A DNA stretch of 32,000 nucleotides, taken from Candidatus Heimdallarchaeota archaeon B3_Heim. Its GTDB lineage: Archaea; Asgardarchaeota; Heimdallarchaeia; Hodarchaeales; Hodarchaeaceae. Made by a program: the position numbers and the translations under genes. The DNA is taken from NCBI GenBank assembly GCA_003144275.1, contig NJBF01000011.1:60001-92000 (forward strand), read 5' to 3'. Below are positions 19,201-27,769 of this stretch, one piece after another. The notes under the pieces were generated by a model. It had not been told where the DNA came from, did not search any database, and was given only the letters and a program-made list of their open reading frames with translations. Numbering within the stretch: the stretch's first letter is position 1; the number at the start of each line of letters is the position of its first letter.

Positions 19201-19262
19201 TCTAACATTTGATTCTTCGGTGATATTGGGGGTGGGTTTTGTTCCTCTTCTTGGGCAGTCAT
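16227..19262 (-). CDS. ArnT/PMT-like (GT-C) multi-pass membrane glycosyltransferase, 1011 aa
   Basis: WDEGWF, DKPP, SRTAYIDP and TKAWQG motifs, many TM segments and a soluble C-terminal domain. Confidence 0.8.
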   Translation of the reverse strand: MTAQEEEQNPPPISPKNQMLEKIAVRLWDYFVRYRLLLIVGLLAFWLKIVYTSSIDMWDEGWFVSIASRIADGLSDPFLPLYYRGNNETLQLFDKPPFAFIFGALLMNIFGKSTFGANGMNAIGGAGLAVVIYLLFSHQKETKSAHAIAGLLVALASFLNFYSRTAYIDPFVIFMGSIVFLAGIRAIDAIFVDNNLKKGYLLIILTGILNVLNVMTKAWQGVLIAPSIAIYLVFRYLERHVDFSQLKIALYEIRESFSLSFSDNEERSSSSEQTYANLFPYFVFLLASVISFIIAVIYNQLLVAGLIIAIVSASTCFAVFLRFWKNEFVEGNYLVLFFTGLTSVLAAFAGNIIVSLFYNRLEDAFKQFATALSSNDMSIIKGILFFLSEETLENLEALNNEVFILALLELIGALLGSIVTIILALIVFGLLLDFISSDRAFIRFIYELIDSFPLIIMGIWLMFWFVGLLLLGLVFDRNASSITLMGVAISLLLIPLLSYYPHLKNKLIKFYNLKARIRSQTEQSIFSSHILFIGITLIVIILSFYPFIAWIQYIDTNLVNFPWVVRTPGELAGDPNKPDVVTYTFLFFDYYIGWRYTSGTKYNLADSLGGAINDYVLVVMLPFFLIGLWAFFFSERRNPALGSALITWLLVIPLVFFPAMFQLNYYYIPLVLPYLAIAAKGFEFIYSYEKMRLLAVDNVEKGLAGGYFFLEIGFTFVYVPLTAFLGNGNLNSLFRNLFVGAIYLIPFIFLCFHVLKTFPGIITAGFAYKFFIDAWFRGGGGLYRLYDYIVYDFLDMLFELDFSWIGEVMEFGAPLATFVGLILLIVGLYWLKPKIKPQLTIILALAMSGMLVNVSTNVHYNQIFDLRYQEMAIYINNHGGDYNYSTWAINEGGTQFALRYYLEYEVKETGNYPFSSNSTSDVNDYFTNHLPDIHFWVIVNHTGHWWDSEKGTGVPPYAEMYPEAYKWLTTNPDLACVDEIVGLTIWYKMHLFVNKTWITEQGSNWKTLSGK

Positions 19263-19427
19263 AACTATCCACCCATCTGTTCAGTGCATTCATTTAAGTT
19301 AGTTTTGCCCTCAATCTGTTATGGATTCCTAAGTAGTAAAGAGGCAAAAAGAACTTTCTTAAGGGGTGATACTTTATTATTCGGTTGTCCGTTGATGTGA
19401 GAGATAAGGCAAACGAGTCTACTAATT

Positions 19428-21245
19428 ATGAATACGTTCCAATTAGAACAAGTAGAAGAGATGATAAGCCAAGCAAACTATCGTGATGCTCTGAATGCGA
19501 TAGAGAGCTATGAAAAATTAGATGAACTGTCTGACGATGAGCAACTGACATTAAAATACTTGAAGAGCACTCTTTATTTACGGAAGGGATTATTTAAGGA
19601 GGGAAAGAAGTATTCTGAAGAATTCCTTGAAGCAAGTCGTGATTTACTCAATCCTGCTCGAGAAATAGATGCCCTGGTTTCTCTTGGAATGGCTATAACT
19701 ATTTTAGGTGACCCAGATAATGGATTAAATTTTGCAGGTAAGGCAAAAAGAATACTAACGATGCTTACTAATGATCCTACGACCGAGCTATCAAAAAAAG
19801 AGGCAGATCTTCTTCATCTTAAAGGAATTATTCTTCGATTTAAAGGAGAGGATGTTAAGGCGCTTAAAATGTTCCAACAAAGTCTTTTATTGCGTGAAAA
19901 AGTTGGTGATGGTATAAAAATAGTCGATTCACTTTATGAAATAGGTGTTATTCATTATTATAGTGTTAGACCAGAAAAATGTTTGGAATGTTGTCAAAGA
20001 ACTCTTGAAATTAGTAACGCAACCAACAACAAAAGAGGAATTGCGCTGGCCAAAATAGGATTCGGTGCGATCCATAGAATAAATGGAGAACATAGTAAAG
20101 CACGAAAGCTTTTTCAAGATAGTTTAAAGATTGGTGAGGAAATTGATGATCAAAGGATTATCAGTTTGTCTCTTCAATTCATCAGTACAGTTTGTTTTGA
20201 TATAGGGGAGCTATCCATAGCCTTGGAATATATTGAAAGATGGAAGTTCCTGGTTGAAAAAACTGGTAACTTTGGAGAAGAAACTATGATCTATAATAAT
20301 CTTGGTGCTACATACACCTATGCAGGAGATGTCAACCGAGCACTAGAACATTACCAAGTAAGTGTCAAGAATTTAGAGAAGATTGGTAACCAGAGAGCCA
20401 TTATTATTTCCCTTGTTAATGTTGGTGAAATTCTTTCAATAATGGGTAAAAACAAACCATCCAGGGAGTATATTGAAAGGGCTATAGAATTGGCTAGACA
20501 GAATAAGTATGATTATGGACATTTATTTGCTCTTTATGCAATGATTCGATATTTTAACAATTCCATCAGCTCTGATGCTTTAGACGAATATTTACTAGAG
20601 CTTAAAGAGATATATGATCGTCATATTGAAACTCCAGCCATAAACCAGCAATACCGTCTTGCAAAAGCAATTATATTGAAATCTAAAGGCAGATTAGCCG
20701 ATAAAATGGCAGCGCAGAAAATTTTCCAACAGATCAGTGAGGAAAAATGTGTCCATCTTGATAATACTGTTGATGCATTGATAAACCTAAGTGAATTATT
20801 GTTATTTGAATTAGAAACTACTGGAAACAAGAAAGCGTTAGCAGAATTAAATAAAATCTCGAATAAATTGCTTACTCTAGCGAAAACCCAATATGCTTAT
20901 CCATGCATGGCTGAAGCATATCTTATTCAGTCTAAACTGAAATTGATCGAATTTGATATTGATGAATCACAACGTTTACTATCACAAGCTCATCTTATTG
21001 CACAGGAGAAGGGGTTAAACAGACTGAGCCAAATTATTTCTATTGAGGAAGAATCCATGCTCAAGCTATTCAGCACTTGGGAGAAAATCCTGGATCAGAA
21101 CCCCTCTATAAGCGATATAATAAAAATTTCGCGAGTGGAAGATCTGATTACTGGGGTTATTCGAAATAAAATATATCAGAACGAAGAAGAGGTCATCGCT
21201 TATGCTGATAAAGCTCTTCAGATTGCGAAAGCATGGAAAACATAA
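19428..21245 (+). CDS. Tetratricopeptide-repeat protein
   Basis: Roughly 40-aa helical repeats, e.g. NNLGATYTYAGDVNRALEHYQVS and NVGEILSIMGKNKPSREYIERA; 605 aa. Confidence 0.85.
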   Translation: MNTFQLEQVEEMISQANYRDALNAIESYEKLDELSDDEQLTLKYLKSTLYLRKGLFKEGKKYSEEFLEASRDLLNPAREIDALVSLGMAITILGDPDNGLNFAGKAKRILTMLTNDPTTELSKKEADLLHLKGIILRFKGEDVKALKMFQQSLLLREKVGDGIKIVDSLYEIGVIHYYSVRPEKCLECCQRTLEISNATNNKRGIALAKIGFGAIHRINGEHSKARKLFQDSLKIGEEIDDQRIISLSLQFISTVCFDIGELSIALEYIERWKFLVEKTGNFGEETMIYNNLGATYTYAGDVNRALEHYQVSVKNLEKIGNQRAIIISLVNVGEILSIMGKNKPSREYIERAIELARQNKYDYGHLFALYAMIRYFNNSISSDALDEYLLELKEIYDRHIETPAINQQYRLAKAIILKSKGRLADKMAAQKIFQQISEEKCVHLDNTVDALINLSELLLFELETTGNKKALAELNKISNKLLTLAKTQYAYPCMAEAYLIQSKLKLIEFDIDESQRLLSQAHLIAQEKGLNRLSQIISIEEESMLKLFSTWEKILDQNPSISDIIKISRVEDLITGVIRNKIYQNEEEVIAYADKALQIAKAWKT

Positions 21246-21267
21246 TAAGCACTAATAATGCGAAAGG

Positions 21268-21690
21268 TTGGTTTTGAAATTGCCGTTTTGGGTTTATATG
21301 TTACTCGTAGGAAAAAAATCCAGTGGATATAATCGTAAAATTTACACGGGGTACACACATCATCTTGTGAATCGACTTACCCAACATATTGGCTTAAATA
21401 GTGTAAAAGGTGCACGGATAACTCGTAAACAGCCAATTGAGCTTGTGTATCTGGAAAAATTTTCTTCTCGTAAACTGGCTCTGAAGCGTGAGTGGGATTT
21501 CAAACATACAAGTCCAATAAATCAAAAACCGAATAAGCTTAGTCTAATAAAAGAGTTCCAAACAAAGAATGCGGACATTTTAAAGGATTTAAATACGACT
21601 TTTGAGGAACATTATCAATTTCTTGAAACTTTGACAATTGAAATCAAAAAAATTGAAAAGGGATTTGAGCGACGATTAACACCAAAATAG
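21268..21690 (+). CDS. Stand-alone GIY-YIG nuclease-family protein
   Basis: WVYML...IYTGYT...RLTQH...GARIT...ELVYLE...ALKRE matches the GIY-YIG layout. TTG start; helical C-terminal extension. Confidence 0.85.
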   Translation: MVLKLPFWVYMLLVGKKSSGYNRKIYTGYTHHLVNRLTQHIGLNSVKGARITRKQPIELVYLEKFSSRKLALKREWDFKHTSPINQKPNKLSLIKEFQTKNADILKDLNTTFEEHYQFLETLTIEIKKIEKGFERRLTPK

Positions 21691-21765
21691 TTATTTATTA
21701 GCATAATTCAATACTTATTTTAAGACGGGTTATGATTATAACCTATTGGAAGTGAGTTCGAACCT

Positions 21766-23103
21766 ATGGTAGATCCTTTGTTAATTGGTGCCTTCTTTAT
21801 TCTTCTGATATGTCTGATCATGATTATTCGTTTCACAGAGATCATTCCATACCTTTATATCTATTTTACTGCCAGGAAAGATCTTCCAGTCAAACTTCCA
21901 AGTGATTTTGGATTAGAAGCTACCTCCATCTCTTTTCCTGTTAAAGGTAATTTACAGAAAGCTTGGTTTTTTCCCAGTAAGCAAGAAAATGATGCTACCA
22001 TTCTTATGATCCCAGATTGGACAAATGAACATTCTTTAGAAAACAGTTTGAAAACATCTGGAGTATTTCAAATCATGGGATTTAATGTCTTACTCCCTAT
22101 TATTCATAACATTGATGAATCAACGCGTCTTCTTCTAAAGAAGAATTTTTCAACTCGATATTATTCGCTAATAATCCTAAAGGCGTATGAATACCTCATC
22201 TTACGTGATAATCTTAATAAACGGAAAATTGCTGTGTACAGCCAATCATTCAGCACACTATTAGTAAGTACCTTAGTAAAAGATCAACCGATCCGAGCTG
22301 TCATTCTCGATAATGGACCTGTTTCGTTAAATATTCTAATTGCTCGTAAATTACCCTATGCGGGTTTTGGTGTCTCTCTCTTAAGATTCTTGACCCGTTT
22401 GATTTTGTGGCCTTTCACGTGGAGAACACGATGGAATCTAAAATATTCTCTCTCCATGCTCCATTCCTGTCCTACGTTCCAAATATCAGTTTTTGATCAT
22501 AAAAATATGCCTAACAAGAATATTTTCAAAATTTTTACGTCCTTATATAAACCTAAGCAGCTTTGGCTTGAAGATGCTCTTCTACCATCTGGTGGGATTC
22601 GGGATACTTGGCCAGATGAATATTTCTCACAGTTAAATTACTTCTTCAACCGATGGTTAAACAAAGAACCCGCTCCTGAGTGGCATTGTGAACTGCAGGT
22701 TTCAAAGCTTGGGAAAAGAGAATTTTCCGCGTCACTTAGAGTTTCAGCTCTCCCTCCTCAAATGGAGCATATTCCCCTTCGTATAACATTGTCTGATAAA
22801 AAAAATCGACTAGTCCATGAACGAGTATGGTTTTTAGGGGCAGAACAAACATATGAATTTCAACTACCATTTCGTCCTAGCTTTAATTCATTATTACCCT
22901 ATTTAAATGTCGAACGCGTCAATAATAAGAGTATTCCATGGGTAAAGCTTGATGCTGAAGAAGCGTTAAAATACACAGTTCATACAATTGTTTCTCTCAA
23001 GCTATCTGAATTGATAGAATACGAAAAACGGTACTTTAAGACCAAAAAAAGGATTTCAACTGATATAGCACTTGAAAATACGGAAGAAATTACGATACCT
23101 TAG
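21766..23103 (+). CDS. Membrane-anchored alpha/beta-hydrolase-fold protein (divergent) with C-terminal beta domain
   Basis: N-terminal TM helix, P.DFGL...I.F, LQKAWFFP, ATILMIP, elbow-like AVYSQSFS, then AVILDN. Confidence 0.55.
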   Translation: MVDPLLIGAFFILLICLIMIIRFTEIIPYLYIYFTARKDLPVKLPSDFGLEATSISFPVKGNLQKAWFFPSKQENDATILMIPDWTNEHSLENSLKTSGVFQIMGFNVLLPIIHNIDESTRLLLKKNFSTRYYSLIILKAYEYLILRDNLNKRKIAVYSQSFSTLLVSTLVKDQPIRAVILDNGPVSLNILIARKLPYAGFGVSLLRFLTRLILWPFTWRTRWNLKYSLSMLHSCPTFQISVFDHKNMPNKNIFKIFTSLYKPKQLWLEDALLPSGGIRDTWPDEYFSQLNYFFNRWLNKEPAPEWHCELQVSKLGKREFSASLRVSALPPQMEHIPLRITLSDKKNRLVHERVWFLGAEQTYEFQLPFRPSFNSLLPYLNVERVNNKSIPWVKLDAEEALKYTVHTIVSLKLSELIEYEKRYFKTKKRISTDIALENTEEITIP

Positions 23104-23395
23104 CATAGTGGCATGATTCGCAAAACGGATTATCTTGATCGAATAATGTGCAGTGAAAAATTGACCTATCTGTACTAGTTCTTGTAAAATAAAGACATTC
23201 TAAATTATATTTTTTCTGCTCCACTTCTTCTAGGTTTCCGACTACACCTTCACTAAAATAACCGCACTGATTTGGGCATTTGCTTATCCACTCATGATAT
23301 GTAACGCAATAAGAAAGGGATTTGCCAGGTGTGGCAATTAATGCGGTACATGGTTTGAATGCTAAATTGTTCATCTCATTTCCCAAGAAGGCCAC
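23090..23395 (-). CDS. Small Cys-rich protein with two Cys4 repeats
   Basis: C16-x13-C30-x9-C40-x3-C44 and C67-x14-C82-x9-C92-x2-C95. Start may be Met8 (23374). Confidence 0.65.
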   Translation of the reverse strand: MAFLGNEMNNLAFKPCTALIATPGKSLSYCVTYHEWISKCPNQCGYFSEGVVGNLEEVEQKKYNLECLYFTRTSTDRSIFHCTLFDQDNPFCESCHYAKVS

Positions 23396-23518
23396 CTTTC
23401 ATTTCTAGAGTGCGGATCCATTGTTATAAGCATCACGTTTTCTGGTTTAATTTTGAGTATATATGCTCTGAATATAATCAGTATTAGAGGAACTCATGAT
23501 CTTTGAGGATTTAACAGG

Positions 23519-23977
23519 ATGACAAGTTTGTTACAGGATCCCCATTTAGTTATCTACGACAACTTATTTTTCGGATTATCACTGGGTAAGTACGATATCA
23601 ATTTGATTAAGGAGTTTGAATGGATTATAGAAGAATTTGTGTTAGTTAGACAAGTATACAAAGATAGGGTACCTCAATTAGAATTGATATTACCTTACTA
23701 TACAGTAAAAGCATTTACTATGATATCCAAGAGTAAAAACAAAAGATTCCTTGAAAATAGTGGTTTATTCATTCAGTTCATCAATTACTCAGATCTAACA
23801 AATCGAGAATTGATTGGATTAGGTCTAAGAATTACTTCGAATACTAAAATTACCTTACAAACCTTCGGTGCCTCTTCTGAGGATCGTATTCAAAAAATTA
23901 TGTTTCTCCTTTCAAGAGGTTTATTGAAGTCTCTATTTCACAGGATAGAACATGAAGATATTGAAATAATTATTTAA
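23519..23977 (+). CDS. Hypothetical protein
   Basis: 152-aa ORF with no competing ORF; no motif recognised. Confidence 0.6.
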   Translation: MTSLLQDPHLVIYDNLFFGLSLGKYDINLIKEFEWIIEEFVLVRQVYKDRVPQLELILPYYTVKAFTMISKSKNKRFLENSGLFIQFINYSDLTNRELIGLGLRITSNTKITLQTFGASSEDRIQKIMFLLSRGLLKSLFHRIEHEDIEIII

Positions 23978-24089
23978 CAATGGGTGTACAATGTCCTACT
24001 TAACATCAGTAATATTGGAGCAGTATTTGTTTTGTCCTCGATATTTTTATTTGTATAGGATAAGCGGAATACGGGGGAAATGATTCTTA

Positions 24090-24956
24090 ATGGTTGAACT
24101 ACTAGATCTTGTTGTTCAAGGCCTTAGTGATTTCATACATTGGTACACTGTAGGCGTTCAGGGAGAGGATCTTGTAGATTTTTTTGTTAAACAATTTTCT
24201 TATTACTTGTTGCTCCAAATCATTCTTTATTTTCTCCCCTTCTTACGAAGGATATTAGTTATTTTTTTTCTTCCCTTCCGATGGATTCATGTCTATCTTC
24301 ATGTGTACACAGCTAAACAAATTTTAAAGGAAATTGAATCTCGTAAGGAGTTAGGAGAAAAAGAACCAGTTATTGATACAGGGAGTCTCCGTGCATCTTT
24401 AATTTCAGGTATAGATGTTTCAGACGAGAATCCTGGATTACTTATGGGTTTTAATCGATTTGAATATGCAAGACGAGTAGCCTTCGCACCCAATAAACTT
24501 GCTTTTGCAATGTTGCTAGGCTATCTTATTGTGACCCCATTGATCTTTGCTGATACAGGTATTCTTTCATCTCAAGTGGGAGGAATGGTCCATTTGTACC
24601 TCTTTATCGGGATTTTTGGGGTATTAATGCCTAGTATTAACGATTGGTATTTTATGATTCATGCTTTGATGATAAACCTCCAAATTAGACCATTTTGGTT
24701 TTACAACGCTATAATTGTGTATGTTGTTTTCACGTTTGATACGCTTTGGAGAACACAGAATTTTTTTCTCTCCATTCTTTTGGGAACATTATGGTTTGTA
24801 GTATATGTTATTGGTTTATTTGTGGTAGGATATATCGCTCAAGGTGGGAAAGTAAAAAAACCAGTTTTTTTCTGGGTACCTACTGAAAAACCGATACAGA
24901 AATTCACAAAAAAGGCAGATATTGATTTCCTCTCTCTAGAAGACCTAGATTACTAA
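24090..24956 (+). CDS. Integral membrane protein, probable M50/DUF3267-like metalloprotease homolog lacking the catalytic Glu
   Basis: LP-x3-IHVYLH in place of HExxH, then AFAP and MPSIND; several TM segments. Confidence 0.5.
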   Translation: MVELLDLVVQGLSDFIHWYTVGVQGEDLVDFFVKQFSYYLLLQIILYFLPFLRRILVIFFLPFRWIHVYLHVYTAKQILKEIESRKELGEKEPVIDTGSLRASLISGIDVSDENPGLLMGFNRFEYARRVAFAPNKLAFAMLLGYLIVTPLIFADTGILSSQVGGMVHLYLFIGIFGVLMPSINDWYFMIHALMINLQIRPFWFYNAIIVYVVFTFDTLWRTQNFFLSILLGTLWFVVYVIGLFVVGYIAQGGKVKKPVFFWVPTEKPIQKFTKKADIDFLSLEDLDY

Positions 24957-24967
24957 GCTGGATTTAA

Positions 24968-25687
24968 CTATCCTAAATCCTTATCTCTATCCAAAAACAG
25001 TTCAATAGTGGTTGATCCAAGAAATTGATTGTATACATAGAAATCTAGTGAGGATCCATTACTAGATTTATGCAATACTGATTTTGTCATACAAAAAGGA
25101 TCTATTAATCTATCTTTACTTGCTAATTCCTTTGAAGCATCGGAAAAAGCATGATGAGCAATGATGATAGGTAAGTTTCTTCTAATAGCGATTTTTCTAA
25201 GATCTAACATAAAATTAAAGATATTTCGTGTCCATTTTTTCTTAGATTCGCCAAAAAGCTCAATAAGTTGCATAGGTGAACCAAATATTGTGTCTAAAAT
25301 TAGTAGGGAAATATCTGAATACTGTCCCTCAACAATTTTTTTAATTAGGATGATATTCTCTAAAAGAGAATTTGGGTGGAAAAAATTTACTTGATCCAGA
25401 AATTCTTCACAATTCAAAGTTCTTTTGAGATTCAGATATCGAATATTTCCTGAAAAATCCGAATAAATAACATTCGCATTCCGATCACTAATGAGTATTG
25501 AGTTAATTGCCTGTTGACAGAACCACGATTTCCCGACTCCCGATTCACCTAAAATCGAATGAATTTGTCCTGTACTAAGACCCCCTATAAGATTATCAAT
25601 AATATCAATACCCATCGTGATTTTAATGGATTTTTCTAGCTCTTCATTTATTTCTTGAAGACTTTTAACTCTATCAATGGTTTCCAT
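24968..25687 (-). CDS. RecA/RadA-superfamily ATPase (RadB/Rad51-paralog-like, no N-terminal HhH domain)
   Basis: GIDIIDNLIGG, Walker A GESGVGKS, IYSDF, Walker B LLILD, and LRKIA...PIII. Confidence 0.85.
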   Translation of the reverse strand: METIDRVKSLQEINEELEKSIKITMGIDIIDNLIGGLSTGQIHSILGESGVGKSWFCQQAINSILISDRNANVIYSDFSGNIRYLNLKRTLNCEEFLDQVNFFHPNSLLENIILIKKIVEGQYSDISLLILDTIFGSPMQLIELFGESKKKWTRNIFNFMLDLRKIAIRRNLPIIIAHHAFSDASKELASKDRLIDPFCMTKSVLHKSSNGSSLDFYVYNQFLGSTTIELFLDRDKDLG

Positions 25688-26139
25688 TATGAGTCAACTA
25701 CAAAGCGTGTGCATTCGTTTGCTGGAAACAGATCTTTGGAAACGATAACAATAACGACCATTGAAACTGCTAATTTTTTAAGGTATGTCCAATTTTCATG
25801 GTTGTTAGTACACAATGGCGGATAATTCACAATCAGCGAAGAAAATCCATTTTTCAAGTATGTTGAAAGCTCATTTGAACCAAGAACTTGCTTATAATCC
25901 TCAATTGACAATATTTCCATAAAAGAAAACTTATTTTCCAAGGATTTATACCGACGAAGTATATGGTAAAAATAAGGTAACGGAACTACTCGGAAATCAA
26001 TCCATAATATTTTGGGAATCACCCATTCTTCGATTCTAGCAGTCATTAGAAGACTCACACACTTGTAATAATCCCCTATCAAGACATTTGGTTGAGTTAA
26101 TGTCGTAGATTGTTGATGAGAATTCACTGGGTTCTTCAC
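25687..26139 (-). CDS. Hypothetical protein, possibly an inactive RecA-fold paralog
   Basis: KILWIDF, SSLIVNY and LKKLA..VVIVIVS follow RecA core strand order, but there is no GxxxxGK. TAATG overlap with the ATPase gene. Confidence 0.5.
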   Translation of the reverse strand: MKNPVNSHQQSTTLTQPNVLIGDYYKCVSLLMTARIEEWVIPKILWIDFRVVPLPYFYHILRRYKSLENKFSFMEILSIEDYKQVLGSNELSTYLKNGFSSLIVNYPPLCTNNHENWTYLKKLAVSMVVIVIVSKDLFPANECTRFVVDS

Positions 26140-27194
26140 ATTTTTCCTAAGTCTGAATCTATGATTCGATCGTCTTTTTCAGAAAGTTCCTCCTGATAGA
26201 CATAATAATATGGAATCCCAAACAGAATGAAAATCAGTACTGGAATCATTATAAATCCAGGAATGGGATGACTAACCGACTCTAAATTGTTATTTAATGT
26301 GTTAATTTCCTTCAGAAGGCCATAAGCTCTAATAGAAATACTTATTGTAGAATAATCATCAGTAGAGGAAATTATCGGGATAATATAGAGATTAATATGC
26401 CAAATCTGGTTTTCAAGATCGACTTTATTGACTGTTGAATTTATTCTTACAACATTCCCATCTATGGCATGATTTCTTCCCGTTCCAAGTGCTATGTAAT
26501 CAAATTGTCCACCTTTAATAGTAATTTCAAGAATTGATGAAAGATACAAATTATCAGGAATATCCACAGGAAGTAGACTTTTTGTAAGTATTTTTTTACC
26601 AAAAAATGATATTTGTGACGGTTGAAGAGCATATTGGAAGTTGCTAGACAAAATCATCAAAGATTGTTCACTAAGGGGTTGTACAAGATCAACTGCATGA
26701 ACAGTTGCCGAAAATATTATGAAATTATATTCCACTTCGCGCCAAGATATGAGGGAGTCTAGATACATGGAAACAGAAACGGAGAGTATTTCTTGATATG
26801 AATAATTTAGCGGAATCATCAATGCCTGAGGTTGATCAAACTGATAAACAAGACAATTCTTAAGGCCTTCTCTTTCATTACTTGAAAAAACGTGATCTGT
26901 GATAATATCATTAATTTTGATTGTAGTTAAGATAGTATCAATTGGTTCTCCAAAATTTTGAATGGATAAATTTAGAAATAACTTATCCCATGGTCTAGAC
27001 AAGACAATAAAACGATTAAAAGTTAATTCTGGCTTATCCATTGTATAATTAAAGTTCAAATCATACGAACTAGATTTACTCTCTTGTTGCTGGAGTGTCT
27101 TGGCCAAATCTCCTTTACAAATTACTGTTATTCCCTGGATAATAATTAATAAGATACCTAAAGTGATAATTTGTTTCTTATCTATCAGAAGCAT
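26136..27194 (-). CDS. Secreted/membrane-anchored protein (N-terminal signal or TM, C-terminal TM)
   Basis: Hydrophobic N-terminus, beta-rich body, and IPGF followed by a TM and an acidic tail. Confidence 0.7.
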   Translation of the reverse strand: MLLIDKKQIITLGILLIIIQGITVICKGDLAKTLQQQESKSSSYDLNFNYTMDKPELTFNRFIVLSRPWDKLFLNLSIQNFGEPIDTILTTIKINDIITDHVFSSNEREGLKNCLVYQFDQPQALMIPLNYSYQEILSVSVSMYLDSLISWREVEYNFIIFSATVHAVDLVQPLSEQSLMILSSNFQYALQPSQISFFGKKILTKSLLPVDIPDNLYLSSILEITIKGGQFDYIALGTGRNHAIDGNVVRINSTVNKVDLENQIWHINLYIIPIISSTDDYSTISISIRAYGLLKEINTLNNNLESVSHPIPGFIMIPVLIFILFGIPYYYVYQEELSEKDDRIIDSDLGKM

Positions 27195-27197
27195 TCT

Positions 27198-27764
27198 TCA
27201 ATAACTCCAAAATAATGAAAGGAACATTCTTGCACAATTTAAGGAAAAAATGAATAACCCCAGATAACCCAAATTCTTATTTACTCTTGGATCATTGAAC
27301 GGGATTCGAGCAATACGTATTCGTTTTGTATTTCGGGGGAGGGTCCAATGAAACTTGTAATGCTTAACAGGATGATTACTAAAGACAGATCGTTTTCCTA
27401 AAGGTAATCCCCCGGGATTTAATGAATCTATTAATAAATGTGAAAGCCAACTTATTGTAAATAATATTATTACAACTTCTAAAATTGTTACATTAGATTT
27501 CTGTCCAAGATAAAGGAAGGGAAGGAAATAGAAAACTGTCCAAGGAGAGTGTGTAAGAGGATGTCTATTCCTTGTTAATAAAACACCCTCATTTTCATAT
27601 TGAACATTAACATATCGATCTATGATATTCGGAACCAAACTGAACAAACTGGTAATCGTTGATAGTACCATAATTATCCAAGAGGAGAACATCTCCTCTA
27701 CTATCAACATCCCATATAAATTTGTAAATCCGAGCGAGAATAGATAATGAGTAATATTTTTCAT
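27198..27764 (-). CDS. Membrane metal-dependent hydrolase (YdjM/DUF457-like)
   Basis: THYLF, PNIID, RHPLTHS and SHLLIDSLNPGGLPL match the family H...PD.D...HR..THS...SH...D..T..G layout. Confidence 0.8.
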   Translation of the reverse strand: MKNITHYLFSLGFTNLYGMLIVEEMFSSWIIMVLSTITSLFSLVPNIIDRYVNVQYENEGVLLTRNRHPLTHSPWTVFYFLPFLYLGQKSNVTILEVVIILFTISWLSHLLIDSLNPGGLPLGKRSVFSNHPVKHYKFHWTLPRNTKRIRIARIPFNDPRVNKNLGYLGLFIFSLNCARMFLSLFWSY

Positions 27765-27769
27765 TTAAT

